Part shown: piece by piece, positions 56,000 to 64,000 of the stretch
Position numbering within the stretch: the first letter of the stretch is position 1
Layout of the letters: each line of letters opens with the position of its first letter
Source: Hyphomicrobiaceae bacterium
GTDB lineage: Bacteria > Pseudomonadota > Alphaproteobacteria > Rhizobiales > Hyphomicrobiaceae
DNA length: 64,000 nucleotides
Direction of reading: 5' to 3'
NCBI GenBank assembly: GCA_020638035.1
Contig: JACKJI010000009.1
Span: 15,081-79,080 of the forward strand
Program-made: the position numbers and the translations under genes
The notes under the pieces: generated by a model
What the model saw: only the letters and a program-made list of their open reading frames with translations
The model's database searches: none
Told to the model about the DNA's origin: nothing

Positions 56000-56172
56000 A
56001 ACTGCCGAACGCATCTTCACGTACAGTGCGCCGCAAAACGGTTGCGTCATGCCCGTTGCCGAAGTTGTTCCGAGAGATTGGGGGGCGGTTTCTCGTAATT
56101 CTCGCTGGTTCAGCCTATCGTATCCACGACGCATCTGTCGGAACATCGTGTGCAACCGGAACGGAATGAAGA

Positions 56173-56904
56173 ATGCTGGAATCCATCCTGCTGACGGCAA
56201 CACGGGTTCTCACATTCGCTGGACAACGACCATTGACGAATGCAAGCGGCTTCTTCTTCGAGCGCGACGGCAAGCTGTTCCTCGTAACGAGCCGGCATGT
56301 CGTGTTCGATGAGCCAAGCAAGCATTTCCCTGATCGCATCGAAATTGAACTTCATAACGATGCAGAAAACCTGTCGGCATCAACTTACTTTTCGATTCTG
56401 CTCTACCGTCACGGCAAGGCGGCGTGGCGTCAAGGTTCAGACTCTGCAGGCGAGATTGATGTTGCTGCTATTGAATTGGACAGATTCGCACTTCCAAAGT
56501 CGGCCATCTTCAATGCGTTCTCCCCAGGGCACATTTATGGGCCGCACGAGGAAGTTGAGATCGGAAGTTCCCTTCTTGTGGTGGGCTTCCCACTAGGCTT
56601 TCACGACACGCTGCATCATATGCCTGTCGTGCGCCATGCCGCGCTGGCGTCATCATTCGGATTGCGCTTCCAAGGGGAGGGCTACTTCCTTACGGATGCC
56701 CGCACCCACAGCGGTACCAGTGGTGCGCCAGTTGTGATCAAGCATTCCCGGCTCGACAAGGTGGACAATGGGCTGCCGTGGAAACTACTCGGAGTTCATT
56801 CCGCTCGCCTGGACGTTGGAACACGCAATATCAAGATTGACGAGGCCCTCGGCCTCAACTGCGCCTGGTATGCCGACATTTTGATGACATTGACGAGGAC
56901 CTGA
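56173..56904 (+). CDS. Trypsin-like serine peptidase (S1/chymotrypsin fold), no signal peptide
   Basis: Catalytic triad contexts TSRHVV (His), IDVAAIEL (Asp) and GTSGAPV (Ser). The N-terminus is not hydrophobic. Confidence 0.7.
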   Translation: MLESILLTATRVLTFAGQRPLTNASGFFFERDGKLFLVTSRHVVFDEPSKHFPDRIEIELHNDAENLSASTYFSILLYRHGKAAWRQGSDSAGEIDVAAIELDRFALPKSAIFNAFSPGHIYGPHEEVEIGSSLLVVGFPLGFHDTLHHMPVVRHAALASSFGLRFQGEGYFLTDARTHSGTSGAPVVIKHSRLDKVDNGLPWKLLGVHSARLDVGTRNIKIDEALGLNCAWYADILMTLTRT

Positions 56905-56927
56905 CCCGGCAACGGCAACTGCGCATG

Positions 56928-57182
56928 CTAGGTGAGTGCGCGTGGTCGGTGAGGTGCGAGTCGAGGGCGCAAGGCCTGGAACGCGCGACGCATGTGCACT
57001 TCACAGTAAGGTGCGCCATCGCTTCTGTGCTTGCCGCAAAAGTGAAAATCCTGCTGTTGGGGGTCGCCGATCGGCCAACGGCAGTCAGCTGGCATAAGCG
57101 TCTCGACCGACTTCCGCTCGTTGACCGGGATGTCAAGGTCGTCGTTCTGCGGCAGTGTCGGGGGATGTTTCTTGCTATTCAT
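56928..57182 (-). CDS. GcrA-family C-terminal-domain-only protein
   Basis: CRWPIGDPQQQDFHFCGKHRSDGAPYCEVHMRRAF matches the conserved GcrA C-terminal motif. The protein is only 84 aa, so the N-terminal DNA-binding domain is absent. Confidence 0.6.
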   Translation of the reverse strand: MNSKKHPPTLPQNDDLDIPVNERKSVETLMPADCRWPIGDPQQQDFHFCGKHRSDGAPYCEVHMRRAFQALRPRLAPHRPRALT

Positions 57183-57343
57183 AATGCAGCATACACCAAA
57201 GCGAAGCGACAAGCGTGCGACTACTTGGAGCAGTGACGATCAAGCCCAAGCGGAGCGGATTACACTGCTAGACTGTCACCCTTTGCGTGTCATTGAGGCG
57301 GCGACGATATCGCACCAAGGGTCTCAGCCGCCGCCCGATCAGC

Positions 57344-57559
57344 TTAATGAAGTGTTACAAAGCCAGCAGTTGCACCGTTGAAATGCGAGCGTTCCAGATC
57401 ATCGAGGAAGGCATTCAATTCGCGTGTGTTCATGTGGCGGACGTCGTACCACCGACCGAGGCTCTCGACGACGATGCAATCGCACATGGTCGGCGTGGGC
57501 TCATCCTTGAGAAATGATGCCTCGGCCTCGGTTATGGAAATGGCCTTGTGATATCTCAT
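57344..57559 (-). CDS. Hypothetical protein
   Basis: The 71-aa ORF has balanced composition, but no clear RBS and no recognisable motif. Confidence 0.3.
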   Translation of the reverse strand: MRYHKAISITEAEASFLKDEPTPTMCDCIVVESLGRWYDVRHMNTRELNAFLDDLERSHFNGATAGFVTLH

Positions 57560-57842
57560 GGAACAGCGTTAGCACGCCGCAACTGCACCGTCGATACGCT
57601 GGTCGACACGCCTTAGGAAGACGATTCCGTGTGCCACGCTCAACTGGCGCTGCGCCCTTGTGTGAACACATAGTAGTCTCTATATGTAGCTCATCGAATC
57701 TGCTGGACACACTGTCCGCTTTGCACTGACCAAGTCAGGCGCGCGTTCAAAAAACCCCGCACATATCGAAAAAGCAGGATGACTGCGCGCATCAAGGCGA
57801 GCGGTCATCCGTGAGCATTCATTGCCATATCAAGGACATCTC

Positions 57843-58052
57843 ATGGACAAGGGTACCGTCAAGTTCTTCAATCATCAGAAGGGCTTTGGCTTCATCGCTC
57901 CTGACAACGGAGGCAAGGACGTCTTCGTTCACGTTTCTGCACTGGAGCGCGCCGGTGTGCACAACTTGGCCGAAGGGCAAAAGGTCAGCTACACAACCGA
58001 AGAGGACCGGCGCTCCGGCAAGATCGCAGTTGCGTCGATCGAGCTGGCGTAA
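57843..58052 (+). CDS. cspA: Cold-shock protein (CSD)
   Basis: [34 protein letters not shown] carries the RNP1 and RNP2 motifs. A strong terminator follows. Confidence 0.9.
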   Translation: MDKGTVKFFNHQKGFGFIAPDNGGKDVFVHVSALERAGVHNLAEGQKVSYTTEEDRRSGKIAVASIELA

Positions 58053-58081
58053 GCGTTGTGCTCGCCAGCTTCAACTCATGG

Positions 58082-58117
58082 AGAGCCACCCCGACAAGGG
58101 GTGGCTCTTATTGCTTG
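58082..58117 (+). terminator. Rho-independent terminator of the cold-shock gene
   Basis: AGAGCCACCCC (58082-58092) pairs with GGGGTGGCTCT (58098-58108) around a 5-nt loop. It is followed by TATTGCTT. Confidence 0.75.
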
Positions 58118-58180
58118 CGCATGAACCGTCTCGAATTCGCGGTACGGTTTTCCGAAATCCTACGGCCGCAGGAGGCGAAC

Positions 58181-58381
58181 ATGGCACTCCATCGCTACAA
58201 AATCGGGCAGGCTTTGAATTTTTCACCAGGACGCATGGGGCATATGCAGGCAGACCGCACGTGCAAGGTCACACGACTATTGCCGGCCGATGAAAGCGGC
58301 GTTCCTCAATATCGCATTCAATGCACCTCAGAGCCCGTTGAACGTGTTGCCAACGAGAATTCGCTCACTCGCAAGGCTTGA
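58181..58381 (+). CDS. Small conserved hypothetical protein
   Basis: GGAGG lies 5 nt before ATG 58181. 66 aa: MALHRYKIGQALNF...YRIQCTSEPVERVANENSL. Confidence 0.5.
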   Translation: MALHRYKIGQALNFSPGRMGHMQADRTCKVTRLLPADESGVPQYRIQCTSEPVERVANENSLTRKA

Positions 58382-58732
58382 AAGGCGCCATGTCGATTTA
58401 CCCTGATCGAGGGGCTTGCGTGACGAATTGAACGGTAAGACCTCAAGAGCACCGGGGGGCGTCGCTACCACTGCAGTGAGCGAGTTCGGCTGCAATGTTA
58501 CTTGCATTTGTTGCCTTCCGCCGAATTTCGAACCGTTACACGACAAATCATGGTAGTTTGAAAAACTTCGTCGATGCGCGGCAGCCGAAACTGCATTCTT
58601 CTTATCAGATGTTAGTCTCAGCCAACATCATAGAATAGCGAAGAGCCGCACAGACCTGCCCCTGATGCTGGGCAGTAAAAGCAGTCGCTGGTCCAAGCGA
58701 CTGGACACGGGCCACAGCCTAGAAAGATCAAT

Positions 58733-58984
58733 ATGTCCGATGCCTTGACCTGCGCGCGAACGGCGCGCGGAACGAAACGCCGTTGTCCGTCTTGTGAGAG
58801 GCCGTTCTACGATCTTGAACGCGCGAATGTCGCATGCCCTTACTGTGGTGAGGCAGTTAGGCCAGTCAACCGAGGCAAGCCCGACGCAACCGTTGGCAAG
58901 CAACAACGCAACCGCGTGAAGTGGGCGATTTCAGCGCCAATTGAACCAACCGAAACGCACGAGCTGGCTGCCAACGATGATTGA
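58733..58984 (+). CDS. FYDLN_acid (TIGR02300) family zinc-ribbon protein
   Basis: GTKRRCPSCERPFYDLERANVACPYCG matches the family signature, including the eponymous FYDL motif, and an acidic tail follows. Confidence 0.75.
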   Translation: MSDALTCARTARGTKRRCPSCERPFYDLERANVACPYCGEAVRPVNRGKPDATVGKQQRNRVKWAISAPIEPTETHELAANDD

Positions 58985-59031
58985 GCGGGGATGTGATTGT
59001 TCGAGCGAACAACTGCATTCAGGAGATCCAA

Positions 59032-59811
59032 ATGGCACGTTTCACTATCGCTGGGACGGCCAGCGTTTGGTTGTTGGTCGTCGGTTCTATGTATTGTTGC
59101 GCGGGCACTGTTCGAAGCGGACCTGCTGAAGGCGATATACCGGTGAACGCTGTGTCACGCAGCTACGGTGCGGGGTGGACTTGCGCGAAAGGATTTCGAC
59201 GTCAAGACGACCAATGCGACGCCATCAAACTTCCTTTAAATGCCTATTTCACCAGATCGTCGTACGGCACGGGGTGGGATTGCAGGCATGGATACTATGT
59301 CGATGGAGATCACTGCAGCGCCATAGTTGTTCCTGAGAACGGCTACCTCGACGGTTCGCAATACAGCGACGGATGGCGTTGCCATCGAGGTTATTCAAAA
59401 ATAGACGGCAGGTGCATTGCCATCGTCGTTCCGAAAAACGCATTTCTGTCTGATTCTGCCTATGGCAGAGGCTGGGAGTGCGAGCGAGGTTATCGCCTAT
59501 CTCCTTCCGGTTGTGATCTGATAGTCATCCCGGCAAATGCCTACGCTGACTCAAGAGGGTATGGGCCTGGATGGCGATGCAAGCGCGGGTACATTCAATC
59601 CGATGATCTGTGCGTACAGATTCACATTCCCCAGAATGCGTACCTCGTAACGGATGGCAATGATTGGAAATGTGATCGCGGATATCGCAGGAACGGAAAC
59701 GCTTGCGATACGGTTGTCCTGCCGGAAAACTCATACTTGAGTCGATCAGGCGACGGCTGGGCTTGCCAGAGGCCTTACCGGATTCGTGGTGACCAGTGCA
59801 TCGAGCCCTAG
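59032..59811 (+). CDS. Secreted protein of eight tandem 31-33-aa Cys-rich repeats
   Basis: Signal peptide, then 8 units of (V/I/L)P.NAY(L)....YG.GW.C.RGY......C..I (2 Cys per unit). AGGAG lies upstream of ATG 59032. Confidence 0.65.
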   Translation: MARFTIAGTASVWLLVVGSMYCCAGTVRSGPAEGDIPVNAVSRSYGAGWTCAKGFRRQDDQCDAIKLPLNAYFTRSSYGTGWDCRHGYYVDGDHCSAIVVPENGYLDGSQYSDGWRCHRGYSKIDGRCIAIVVPKNAFLSDSAYGRGWECERGYRLSPSGCDLIVIPANAYADSRGYGPGWRCKRGYIQSDDLCVQIHIPQNAYLVTDGNDWKCDRGYRRNGNACDTVVLPENSYLSRSGDGWACQRPYRIRGDQCIEP

Positions 59812-59860
59812 CGAGGCGGGGCACGGCTCGTCGACACTGGCCGGAATTCCCACATTATCA

Positions 59861-60085
59861 TTAGATTGTGGCCGGATACGTCAGTGACGCGGGGATCTGC
59901 TTGTGCAATCGGCCGGAACAGTTGGCAACGTAGAGTGTGGCGCGCCGAGAAAGAGCGTGCGCACGCGCAAAAGCCAATCCGTGCGCCCGCATCTTGAATG
60001 ACAGTCTGGGCAGGCTTCTTCTGCCGCCTCCGACGACCCACCAGCCATCCTTGCCTTGCGTCAGCGTTACTGGATTGGTTTTCAT
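59861..60085 (-). CDS. DUF2188 domain protein
   Basis: MKTNPVTLTQGKDGWWVVGGGRRSLPRLSFKMRAHGLAFARAHALSRRATLYV fits the DUF2188 pattern (..GW.V......R....F.T...A...AR..A......L.V). Start chosen at ATG 60085. Confidence 0.5.
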   Translation of the reverse strand: MKTNPVTLTQGKDGWWVVGGGRRSLPRLSFKMRAHGLAFARAHALSRRATLYVANCSGRLHKQIPASLTYPATI

Positions 60086-60120
60086 CTTTGGCTCCAACAT
60101 CGCTCCCAGAGTGACCAGCG

Positions 60121-60252
60121 CTAGTAGGCGGTAACGCCGAACACCACCAGCACAATCATCGAAAAAGCCGAGGCAGTTGCGAGCGCCCAACCAAGCAAGA
60201 TCAAACGCTGCATTTGAGCGCTTGAAGGGTGCGAAATGGCATAATTTGACAT
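60121..60252 (-). CDS. 43-aa single-TM microprotein
   Basis: AGGAA lies 6 nt before ATG 60252. MSNYAISHPSSAQMQRLILLGWALATASAFSMIVLVVFGVTAY has one clear TM segment. It lies directly upstream of the DUF2188 gene. Confidence 0.4.
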   Translation of the reverse strand: MSNYAISHPSSAQMQRLILLGWALATASAFSMIVLVVFGVTAY

Positions 60253-60714
60253 CGGTTGTTCCTGACAAATGTTTTGCGCGACCGCATTGAAGGATTTCGT
60301 TGATCGAGCCATGCAGAGCCGATCGATCAAAATCCTTTAGCGTAGACGCGGATCAAGTGTGAGCTGCTGGCCGTGAAGGAGTGGCACAGCTTTCCTGGCT
60401 CAAAGAATGTTGCTGAACCGGATTGCAATTAGCGCGGCGGCTATGCGCGAACCTTCTTATGCGCGGCGATTATCCATAATCGCTCCAAGCCATCCAAAAG
60501 CCAACCTACGCGCTCTTGGTCGTGAAGTCGACGGCGATTCCTTCTCCGCTCATCACGTTTAATTGCGTCGTCTCGGTAAAGCCTCGTGGATTGACGATGC
60601 GGCTTGGGCGGATGGATGACCGCGGATTTGTTAACGACCTTGAGTTAGCCTGTTGTGTTACCCGCAGAGGCTGGTGGCAGGAAATCGGCGACGACGGCGC
60701 CTGCGGAGAAAAAT

Positions 60715-60918
60715 ATGACAACTTTCCTGATTTGGCTTGCGGGAGCGGCTCTTGTTGTCGCCTGCTTGGCGTTTACCTTTCACCGCACGAATGCGTCACA
60801 AGATCGTCGTGCAGCAGAGTTCGCAACAAAGCGTGCGCGGTTCGCCCGCGCGCCAGTTGTTCCCGAAGTCGGCGACACATTCAAGCGTCGTCCCAAGGTC
60901 GCCTTCGGTCGTCGTTGA
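60715..60918 (+). CDS. 67-aa single-TM basic protein
   Basis: GGAG lies 6 nt before ATG 60715. The N-terminal TM segment (TTFLIWLAGAALVVACLAFTF) is followed by an Arg/Lys-rich tail. Confidence 0.4.
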   Translation: MTTFLIWLAGAALVVACLAFTFHRTNASQDRRAAEFATKRARFARAPVVPEVGDTFKRRPKVAFGRR

Positions 60919-61189
60919 TACCTTGTCGATCGCGATGCGCTGGCATATCAGGCAGGAACGGTCCTCATCGTCATGTTCAACTCGCGGCGCCACAGCGTGA
61001 ACGGGTTCCGAGCCGTCAATCGTTTCGGGGAACGCGAACGTCTGATCCTATAGAGCGCGCTCGACCATCTCTTCCCCTTATGCTGCGACTGCTCAGGACG
61101 GCTTAGGGTCAGACTCGACGGTCGGTAACCATCTCACGGAAGATCTGGTCCGAAACCTGGCGTCAGAACAGCGAGTTGCCGCTGCAGGC

Positions 61190-61645
61190 TTGGCTTCAGC
61201 ACTCGGGTTCCCCAGCGCGGACCACAACCTGCCAATTCTTGTATTGCCGATCACAGCCGAACTTCGGCGTTGCGGCAAAGGCAAACGCATGATCATCGGC
61301 GAATCCATGGCAGAAACGATCGATCCGACATTGGTGCGGCTGATCCAGGAGGCTTTCGCCATCCGCGGTGCCGTTTTGGCCGATACGCGCGAGACACTGA
61401 ACGAGATCACGGCGCGTCGCGGCGGGAGCAACGGCTATCTCACTGCTCTGATGCGCTTCACATACCTCGCACCGAGCATCATTGACGATACCCGGCGCGG
61501 TCGGCAGCCGCCGGAGCTGAGCGCGAAGCGGCTGTTGAGAACTTCGGCCGGCCTGCCCCTCGATTGGCCGTCTCAGCGTGCGCACCTGAAGTTCGCCTCG
61601 GGGGCAGCCAGTCGCGAAGAGAGAAATTCGACCCGCCCCCAATAG
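61190..61645 (+). pseudogene. C-terminal fragment of a serine-recombinase (resolvase/invertase) family protein
   Basis: ...LIQEAFAIRGAVL....ETLNEITARRGGSNGYLTALMRFTYLAPSIIDDTRRGRQPPELSAKRLLR...LPLDWPSQRAHLKF matches the conserved tail of large alphaproteobacterial recombinases. The catalytic N-terminal domain is absent, and the frame begins at a TTG. Confidence 0.6.
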
Positions 61646-61803
61646 CCGCGTCTGAGATATAGGGTCCCGGCCGGCCTCCGTCGGACGCCATTGCCGTCTC
61701 TGGCCCAGGCCCAGCAACCGCTATAACGACACCCCACGGAAATAGCGCCACTTTTGGCGAGCCCAGACACAGGCGGCAGATTCCCTGAAATCGACGGAAT
61801 GGC

Positions 61804-61878
61804 TGGCTGGGGCGGGAGGGTTCGAACCTCCGCATGGCGGAATCAAAATCCGCTGCCTTACCACTTGGCTACGCCCCA
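61804..61878 (-). tRNA. tRNA-Gln (TTG anticodon)
   Basis: Hand-folded 75-nt cloverleaf: TGGGGCG/CGCCCCA acceptor with the U1:A72 pair typical of tRNA-Gln, GCGGA-TTTTGAT-TCCGC anticodon arm, GGAGG-TTCGAAC-CCTCC T-arm, GCCA end. Confidence 0.9.
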
Positions 61879-62569
61879 ACAGCACCGGCCCGGTATGGTC
61901 GCCGGCGCAGCGCGGGCGCACCATAATCGAGCACCCCCCGACCGGCAATCCCCGACAGCAAGCCGCAGGCAAAAGCTCCTGGATACGCTTGCGCATACCC
62001 CAGGAAGGCTTCCCCGTGGCCAGCCGTGATCAAGAATCGAGGAGGCCAGAACAGGCAGATTCAATCAACTCCTCGATCACACAGGGACAGCACCGATGTC
62101 GCCATCGTCGGCTTTCTCAAGCAGTCCCGCCGGATAATTGCCCTGACAACCTGGCTTGCACGGACTGTCGCAGTCGCGATATCGCAGAACCACAGAGGAG
62201 ATCGGCACGGCATCGGCGACATGGATAGGAGACTGGACCCAATCCTGCCCAGGTCCTGGGCATGCTACCCGGCTGCTCGTGACATGGCGATCCACCGCGT
62301 GCCGCAAAAACAAGCACACAATTCGCGGAACGATCCCCGAATCCAGGCGTTGAGTACCAGCCACATAATGGTCAGGCGCCACTGCGCGATGGAGCCACGT
62401 GCCCGCCGTCACGGCAATACCGCAACACGGCCACCCGAGCCGACGTCCTGCCCCCAGGCCTGTTCCGCTTTTGATCCGTCTTGCTGAGGTTTGCCTTGAC
62501 GGTCGCGAGCGGCTAGGTTTCGCCACCCTCGCTCTTGCGAATATATCCGTGTCCAACCGGAGCCACACG

Positions 62570-63172
62570 ATGACATTCAAGCTTCCCGAACTTCCCTATG
62601 CCTACGAGTCTCTGGCCCCCTACATGTCCGCCGAGACACTCCAGTTTCATCACGATAAGCATCATCAGGCCTACGTCGACCAGGCCAACAATCTCGCTGG
62701 TGAAGGCTCCAAGTATGCCGGCAAGTCGATCGAGCAGATCTGCCAGGAGGCATTCGCCGCCAAGGACCAGCCGGTGATCAACAATGTCGGCCAGCACTAC
62801 AATCACATCCACTTCTGGCAGTGGATGAAGAAGGGCGGCGGCGGCAACAAGCTGCCCGGATCGATCGAGAAGCTCGTCACAGCCTACGGCGGCTACGACA
62901 AGATGCGCGCCGACTTCATCGAAGCCGGCAAGACCCAATTCGGCTCGGGCTGGGCATGGTTGGCCCTGAAGGACGGCAAGCTCGTGGTCATGAAGACGCC
63001 CAACGGCGAGAACCCGCTGATGCACGGCGCCAGCCCGATCCTCGGCTGCGACGTCTGGGAACACAGCTATTACATCGATTATCGCAATGCGCGGCCGAAG
63101 TACCTGGAAGCCTTTGTCGACAATCTCATCAACTGGGACCACGTCGCCGCCCTCGCCGAAGGCAAGGTCTGA
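62570..63172 (+). CDS. sodB: Fe/Mn superoxide dismutase
   Basis: MTFKLPELPYAYESLAPYMSAETLQFHHDKHHQAYV and DVWEHSYYIDYRNARPKYL metal-ligand motifs. Confidence 0.9.
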   Translation: MTFKLPELPYAYESLAPYMSAETLQFHHDKHHQAYVDQANNLAGEGSKYAGKSIEQICQEAFAAKDQPVINNVGQHYNHIHFWQWMKKGGGGNKLPGSIEKLVTAYGGYDKMRADFIEAGKTQFGSGWAWLALKDGKLVVMKTPNGENPLMHGASPILGCDVWEHSYYIDYRNARPKYLEAFVDNLINWDHVAALAEGKV

Positions 63173-63198
63173 GGCTTCGACCGAATAACCGACATGGA

Positions 63199-63240
63199 GA
63201 AAGGCCGCCTGCACGTCGCAGGCGGCCTTTCCACTTTTCC
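63199..63240. terminator. Bidirectional stem-loop between sodB and the convergent cytochrome c gene
   Basis: GAAAGGCCGCCTGC (63199-63212) pairs with GCAGGCGGCCTTTC (63218-63231). CACTTTTCC follows on the plus strand. Confidence 0.7.
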
Positions 63241-63305
63241 GTGGTGCCACGAAGCCATACGCGGCACACCCAACGATGCGCGGACAAGACCCTGTGCGCG
63301 GCTAC

Positions 63306-63677
63306 CTACTTCCCAGACGGCGCTAGGCTGTCGAGATGAGCGATGATCCTCGATCTCTGCGGGCTCGAATACGAACACCGGCATGTCAGGATGGCCTGAG
63401 ACGATGCCTTCCGACAGCGCCTCGGCAGATCTCGCTGGGGTGGCGCTGTAACGACGTCGCGGAACGGTGGCGCTTTCTCATGCGGGCTCTTGTCGTCCAT
63501 GCCGATGGCATGGCAGCGCGCGCACTTCTCCTGCACGATCTTCAGCCCGGCTTCGGCGAGTTTGGCCTGCTCGGCCTCATCGCCTGTGCGCTCAGCCACG
63601 ACAATCGTCGGCAGTGCAAGGACAGCCGCGACAAAACACGCACCCACCACGGTCGCCGTGACGAACAATCGTTTCAT
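63306..63677 (-). pseudogene. Small soluble c-type cytochrome with compensated double frameshift
   Basis: Signal peptide and CARCH haem site are in frame. The conserved AEALSEGIVSGHPDMPVFVFEPAEIED block is only readable in another frame between about 63425 and 63345. The original frame then resumes with IIAHLDSL. Confidence 0.55.
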
Positions 63678-63792
63678 GTAACGCCTCGCATTGGCCATTG
63701 CCGCACGGACGAGAATGCACCGCGGCTGGTCCAACGTAACCTTGCCACTTCGCCGCGCACTGCGCACTTGTCACCGCGCTCCGGCCGCCGCC

Positions 63793-64000
63793 TTACCGCC
63801 GCAATCCCAGCGAACGCATAATGATATTTTTTACGATGGTCGCGATCGAGCGCGAGACGGAGCGCTGGAACTCCTTGGCGACCATCGTTCCCATGCCCTG
63901 GTTCTTGCGGCCCGTGGCAGGATTGGTGCCACCGAAGATGACGTCGGTCCACCCGCCGCCTTCCGAGCCCGCTTCCGCTGCCGCCTGCTCTGTGCGTTTG
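63793..64000 (-). CDS. HerA-like helicase / DUF853 (YjgR-type) ATPase, C-terminal end (5' part outside window)
   Basis: The minus-strand frame is open to the window edge and ends ...MVAKEFQRSVSRSIATIVKNIIMRSLGLRR-stop. This resembles the basic C-terminal tail of DUF853 proteins. Confidence 0.5.
   Translation of the reverse strand, partial: KRTEQAAAEAGSEGGGWTDVIFGGTNPATGRKNQGMGTMVAKEFQRSVSRSIATIVKNIIMRSLGLRR

Overview
High-GC alphaproteobacterial chromosome segment. It looks Bradyrhizobiaceae-like, which I infer only from the gene content (Porin_2-type porin, DUF992, NasS/NasT, IS407-type IS3 element). No rRNA genes or CRISPR arrays are present.

**Layout**
- **0-18 kb:** mostly housekeeping genes: panD, trhO, a 2-hydroxyacid dehydrogenase, a tRNA with a CAT anticodon, an ACP/KAS pair, an acyl-CoA ligase, a CFA synthase and a PhoX-like phosphatase.
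- **19-29 kb:** a sulfur/peroxide-themed cluster. It holds a cytoplasmic SBP56/SELENBP1-type protein (the methanethiol oxidase family) coupled to an unknown His-rich membrane protein. Converging on it is an operon-like string of a FixL/J-type two-component system, OsmC, a GcvH-like lipoyl protein and a rhodanese. A porin and an SCO1-cytochrome c peroxidase pair follow.
- **28.9-46.1 kb:** bracketed by two inverted copies of a 1305-bp IS3/IS407-type element that look identical. Copy 1 has no target duplication and sits between two 5'-truncated genes. Copy 2 has a clean 4-bp duplication and splits an AraC-family gene. The segment between them is accessory-like. It carries envelope and peptidoglycan-related genes (L,D-transpeptidase, Tat-exported M19 dipeptidase, patatin lipoprotein, orphan HlyD-type adaptor, beta-barrels, OmpA-like), repeat-rich secreted proteins and several decayed genes.
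- **47-51 kb:** two tandem secreted amidohydrolase paralogs.
- **51.7-52.5 kb:** the most unusual object in the window, a 265-aa protein built from 35 uninterrupted heptads with an invariant Asn. It lies directly upstream of narK-nasT-nasS.
- **56-64 kb:** an orphan cytoplasmic trypsin-like protease, small conserved proteins, an 8x Cys-rich repeat protein, a recombinase remnant next to tRNA-Gln, sodB, and a cytochrome c gene with a compensated double frameshift.

**Limits:** every functional call is a motif- or family-level recognition made by eye. No database search was run.
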